This document shows, piece after piece, positions 22,352 through 24,000 of a stretch of DNA of 24,000 bases; the first letter of the stretch is position 1; each line of letters starts with the position of its first letter. Source of the stretch: Candidatus Electrothrix gigas (GTDB lineage: Bacteria > Desulfobacterota > Desulfobulbia > Desulfobulbales > Desulfobulbaceae). The notes under the pieces were generated by a model. That model was given only the letters and a program-made list of their open reading frames with translations, made no database searches and was not told the origin of the DNA. The stretch lies in NCBI GenBank assembly GCA_022766165.1, contig QYLO01000035.1, positions 1 through 24,000 of the forward strand. The letters are read 5' to 3'. The position numbers and the translations under genes are program-made.

Positions 22352-22373
22352 TGCGCCCTGTTGCTAGGGCGCA
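22352..22373. terminator. Hairpin between convergent genes
   Basis: 8-bp stem TGCGCCCT (22352-22359), loop GTTGCT, AGGGCGCA (22366-22373). There is no clear U-run on either strand. Confidence 0.45.
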
Positions 22374-22404
22374 TGAGTATGAGCGGTTACGAGTTTTTTG
22401 AGAT

Positions 22405-23202
22405 CTAGTTATTCATCGCCTTACCATGATGAAAGTTTTCCAAAACCTTGAGTTCCTTTTCTAGTTTCTCAACAGAGGCCAGAACAATCACTGGCAGACT
22501 CCCCTTCTCAATATCAACAAAGAACTCCTTGGCAACAGGCCAGAATTTATTGATTTTATTCCGGCTTGCCAGTGATCCTTCTGTGTATTCAGTATACGCA
22601 TTAATCTTCGCCAGGGTGGTTTCAAAATCCTTCACAGCCCTCTTTAACTGCACAACATTGTTGTAATCATCAAAACCTGCTTGATAGGCAATATAAAACT
22701 TATTGATTCTCTCAAGAAAAAACAGCAAATGCTCTACGGAAACAAGGAGTCGTTCCTCAGCATCCTGTTTATCCGCATGCTGTCCAACAATAAAATCAGC
22801 CCCCTCAAGCAATGACTCACTGTAGTCGATCATCAAGGCTCCATTGTCTTTACTGTAGGGCTTATCAACAATGTCTAACAGTTCATCTAGAGTATATTCG
22901 AGATACACCACAATATTTTTTTCTTCCTTGCTTGCATTTTGTAGCCCGTCTTGAATTATAATCAGATCCTTTTTTAAAAGAACAAGGCTCTTTTTTAAAT
23001 CCTCAGTCGCACGATCCTGGCGGATGCCCTGTTGTTTATAAAAATATGCCTTGGTTATTGCTTGGCTGGAAAATTTTATATTTTCAGCAGCCTCTACTGT
23101 GAGCAGGTCATGACGTTGGTCTGCGGCAAATGCCGGGACAACGTATAATGCGCAAACTATCCCTAATATTATCTCTGCTGTTAAATACCTGACTGTTTTC
23201 AT
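22405..23202 (-). CDS. Periplasmic all-helical protein with two PilJ-N / NIT-like four-helix-bundle halves
   Basis: 265 aa with signal peptide MKTVRYLTAEIILGIVCALYVVPAFA. Its motifs AENIKFSSQAITKAYFYKQQG and LERINKFYIAYQAG resemble the (A)GRQRMLSQR.AKAY.. motif of PilJ/NarX-type periplasmic sensor domains. The start ATG overlaps the upstream stop (ATGA). Confidence 0.7.
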   Translation of the reverse strand: MKTVRYLTAEIILGIVCALYVVPAFAADQRHDLLTVEAAENIKFSSQAITKAYFYKQQGIRQDRATEDLKKSLVLLKKDLIIIQDGLQNASKEEKNIVVYLEYTLDELLDIVDKPYSKDNGALMIDYSESLLEGADFIVGQHADKQDAEERLLVSVEHLLFFLERINKFYIAYQAGFDDYNNVVQLKRAVKDFETTLAKINAYTEYTEGSLASRNKINKFWPVAKEFFVDIEKGSLPVIVLASVEKLEKELKVLENFHHGKAMNN

Positions 23203-24000
23203 ACTTTAATTTCTCCTTGTGCATATACTCTTCCGGTGAGTACTCTAAAGATTTCGCCTGCAGTTTTTTCATCAGCAACAGGCATGAAATAGCCTGAAAC
23301 TTTTCCTTCAACCAATTTTTGCTCCATATCTAGAATGGATCGAAGTGCTTTAAAGATCTTTGTTGCCATTTTTGCTGCTTGTGATGGCATAAAACGACCT
23401 GAGTTGCTCGTTGCCATCACACTAAAGGCGATAAAATCTTTTTCAACCTTTTTCAGTTTTGCCTTAATTTCCTTGGAAACAAATTCTTCCTTTGCCTCAA
23501 GGAGTTCGTTATAGATTTTTTCTGTTTGCTCAACAACCTGTTTGATCTCTGTTTCGTAATCAGAGTCAGTTACACCCCAGGCTTTCATCAGATAAAGGGC
23601 GGCCAGACGTTGTGATTCCATGCCAAGAGCCGCTGCAAGGACGACATTATGCTCACCCTTGATACCGGTGTCTTTGGAGATATCTTCGGCTACCTCTTCG
23701 CAGCGAGCAGTGAATTTTTCAACTCTTTTACGAAGGTTGAGCATTTCTGCCCTTGCTGGCGTCTTTTCAAATTCTGGCTTAATGGCGTGCCAAGATTTTT
23801 CAATTTCAACGATTTCAGCAGCCAGTTTATCGTTAACCTTTTGTCCTTCAAGATCCTTGAATTCTTGTTCCATAATCTTCAGGTTCTCTTTAAGATCCTT
23901 GGCTGGATCACTATACTTGACCTTCATGCCAACCAGTGCGTAATCCTTTAAAAGGCGATTGGCCTGCATGCAGATATTTGCCATCTCATGGACGTTTTCT
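23199..24000 (-). CDS. Helical PilJ-N / NIT-like protein, 5'-truncated by the window edge
   Basis: The frame stays open upstream of the listed Met (..ENVHEMANICMQANRLLKDYALVGMK), so the true start is probably beyond 24000. A second motif is LGMESQRLAALYLMKAWG. The stop overlaps the next gene's ATG by 4 nt. Confidence 0.7.
   Translation of the reverse strand, partial: ENVHEMANICMQANRLLKDYALVGMKVKYSDPAKDLKENLKIMEQEFKDLEGQKVNDKLAAEIVEIEKSWHAIKPEFEKTPARAEMLNLRKRVEKFTARCEEVAEDISKDTGIKGEHNVVLAAALGMESQRLAALYLMKAWGVTDSDYETEIKQVVEQTEKIYNELLEAKEEFVSKEIKAKLKKVEKDFIAFSVMATSNSGRFMPSQAAKMATKIFKALRSILDMEQKLVEGKVSGYFMPVADEKTAGEIFRVLTGRVYAQGEIKV

Noticed and set aside
1-24000. Search for CRISPR arrays, rRNA, tRNA, and known defence or toxin-antitoxin gene pairs
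   Set aside because: There are no regularly spaced direct repeats with unique spacers and no cloverleaf-compatible segments. No ORF has nuclease, methylase, ATPase or toxin-like signatures. The only repeats are those listed as features.

Overview
This window looks like chromosomal DNA from an anaerobe. The gene content hints at a sulfate-reducer-like Desulfobacterota lineage, but that is inference only.

**Left part (1-8.2 kb, mostly minus strand):**
- the 3' tail of an unknown gene
- a 1191-aa pyruvate:ferredoxin oxidoreductase
- an orphan NikK/NikL-like periplasmic metal-binding pair
- a 61-aa 2x[4Fe-4S] ferredoxin
- an unusual signal-peptide protein with 34 cysteines in a regular 28-aa repeat, a Pro/Glu spacer and a small C-terminal beta-barrel ending RFQY

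**Centre (9.3-21.7 kb, plus strand):** one tightly packed 8-gene chemosensory operon of the Pil-Chp/Tax (type IV pilus-like) kind. In order it encodes a REC-PATAN-Zn ribbon-REC regulator, CheY, CheW, a 3xHpt hybrid CheA, a degenerate CheW-like/Lys-rich protein, CheW, a tandem-Cache MCP and a LivK-like binding protein. No CheR, CheB or CheZ is present. The second CheW has a start-codon problem at an A11 tract. The operon is bracketed by two direct copies of a TnpB-3'-end-derived element: 266 bp at 9005-9270 and a 134-bp internally deleted copy at 21886-22019.

**Right part:** a small Cys-rich two-CW-type protein, then two translationally coupled helical PilJ-N/NIT-like proteins; the last one runs off the window.

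I found no rRNA, tRNA or CRISPR array.
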